This document shows, piece by piece, positions 62,894 to 64,000 of a DNA stretch of 64,000 nt. Numbering within the stretch: position 1 is the stretch's first letter; each line of letters begins with the position of its first letter. Source of the stretch: Oculina patagonica. Lineage: Eukaryota. The DNA lies in contig NC_135760.1 in assembly GCF_052425735.1 (NCBI RefSeq), positions 10,540,001 through 10,604,000 of the forward strand. The letters run 5' to 3'. The notes under the pieces are model-generated. The model was given only the letters and a program-made list of their open reading frames with translations, ran no database searches and was not told where the DNA came from. The position numbers and the translations under genes were made by a program.

Positions 62894-63159
62894 AAGTTAC
62901 GATGGCCTAAAACCAAGAATCCTTAAGTACATAAGTACTGTTATAAACGGGGTCCTGCTGACTAAAAATTAATTAATGGTCTTCGTCTTCTTTTTCACGC
63001 CATTATCACCAGCAAGTTGAGCAGAACTGTCAAGGGACAAGTGATGCTGTTAGTAGCAATGGCTGATAATGGAGTTTCGCCTTCCATACTGATAATTTTG
63101 ATCTTGGTGGTAATTTTCTTTAAATCTGAACTGGAGACTTGTTAGCCCCCGGCGTATCC

Positions 63160-63340
63160 AATTGAATGTTCGGTGATCGAACTAAATCGAACACCAATCG
63201 TTCGATTGGGTTCGGTAATCGAACTTAATCGAACTCACAATAAAATTTGGTCAATCGAACAAAATCGAACGTTCGATTACCGAACGGTCTCGAGAACAGC
63301 CGACAATCGTACTTAATTGAACGTTCGATAACCGAACTTC
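63160..63340. repeat. Cluster of ATCGAAC/GTTCGAT short repeats, probably transposon subterminal repeats
   Basis: More than ten direct and inverted copies of the motif. Confidence 0.6.
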
Positions 63341-64000
63341 TGTTTGTCTATTCTATATTGCGGACTTTTGGACGGTGCACCGTCCCCTCATTATGCACGT
63401 ATCAATGTTAAGCTGCTGGGGGGGGGGGGGGGGGGGGAGGAGGTCGGGTATAGGCCGGGCATTTGAACTTAGTTGAGACTTTCTGTTCCAATGCCCAACC
63501 CCAGGGCATTTGTGTATGTTCAAATGAGCCACTTAACTTCAATAAAATATTGTAAGAAATTCCATTAAAACGGTCAAACGTCCCCACTACGGGCAAACAA
63601 TTGCTGTCAAATTGCGAAGCCTCGATCGAACGAGCGACGATCGCAGCTTCGCCGCTCACAAATAGCGTCAAAAAAAAAAACCCTCTGGCACCCAGGATAA
63701 GACAGAGGACGATACCGAAAGCTAAAACGTGACGGTTTCACGTTAAAGCCATTTTTTGCAGGCTTCTTTTCCCGGCGAGGATCATGCCATGGCTTAAAGT
63801 TAATCACGGTCTTTTTAATATTCAAATGATCACATAGAATACGAATGAATCTCCCATCGACTGTGTTCGCCGACTCCAAATGCCTCTTTATTTTTCTCCC
63901 ATGCGGATTTGTTTTTAAGAATAAATTAGCTTTAGTTTGAATGCGAGGATACTGTTTGTTGTATTTTAATCACAGTAACTAGCTACAGCTCAATATCCTC

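Noticed and set aside
63160-63340. CRISPR-like repeat array
   Set aside because: Eukaryotic context, 7-bp motifs in both orientations and no regular unique spacers

Overview
AT-rich, intron-rich animal genomic DNA, most likely a scleractinian coral or other anthozoan (inferred from the SINE, MITE and Penelope repertoire), with three assembly gaps. The ORF track is mostly noise because the real genes are spliced; exon models below were read by hand from GT-AG boundaries and phases. Left part (+ strand, 1-22.5 kb): the 3' ten coding exons of an ANKRD13-family gene, a 5'-truncated GIT (Arf-GAP scaffold) fragment, a gap, then a diverged second copy of the last three ANKRD13 exons. Right part (- strand, 25.6-60 kb): a tandem array of four PDGF/VEGF-domain genes. 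Each encodes signal peptide + PDGF/VEGF domain + Cys-rich CxCxC repeats + a single transmembrane helix + a cytoplasmic tail ending in a class I PDZ-binding motif (TAV, THV, SAV, TDI). All four lack both inter-chain cysteines, and two also lack one cystine-knot disulfide pair. This candidate membrane-tethered VEGF-like ligand family is the main finding. Introns and spacers carry many MITEs, SINEs, LINE fragments and Penelope fragments.
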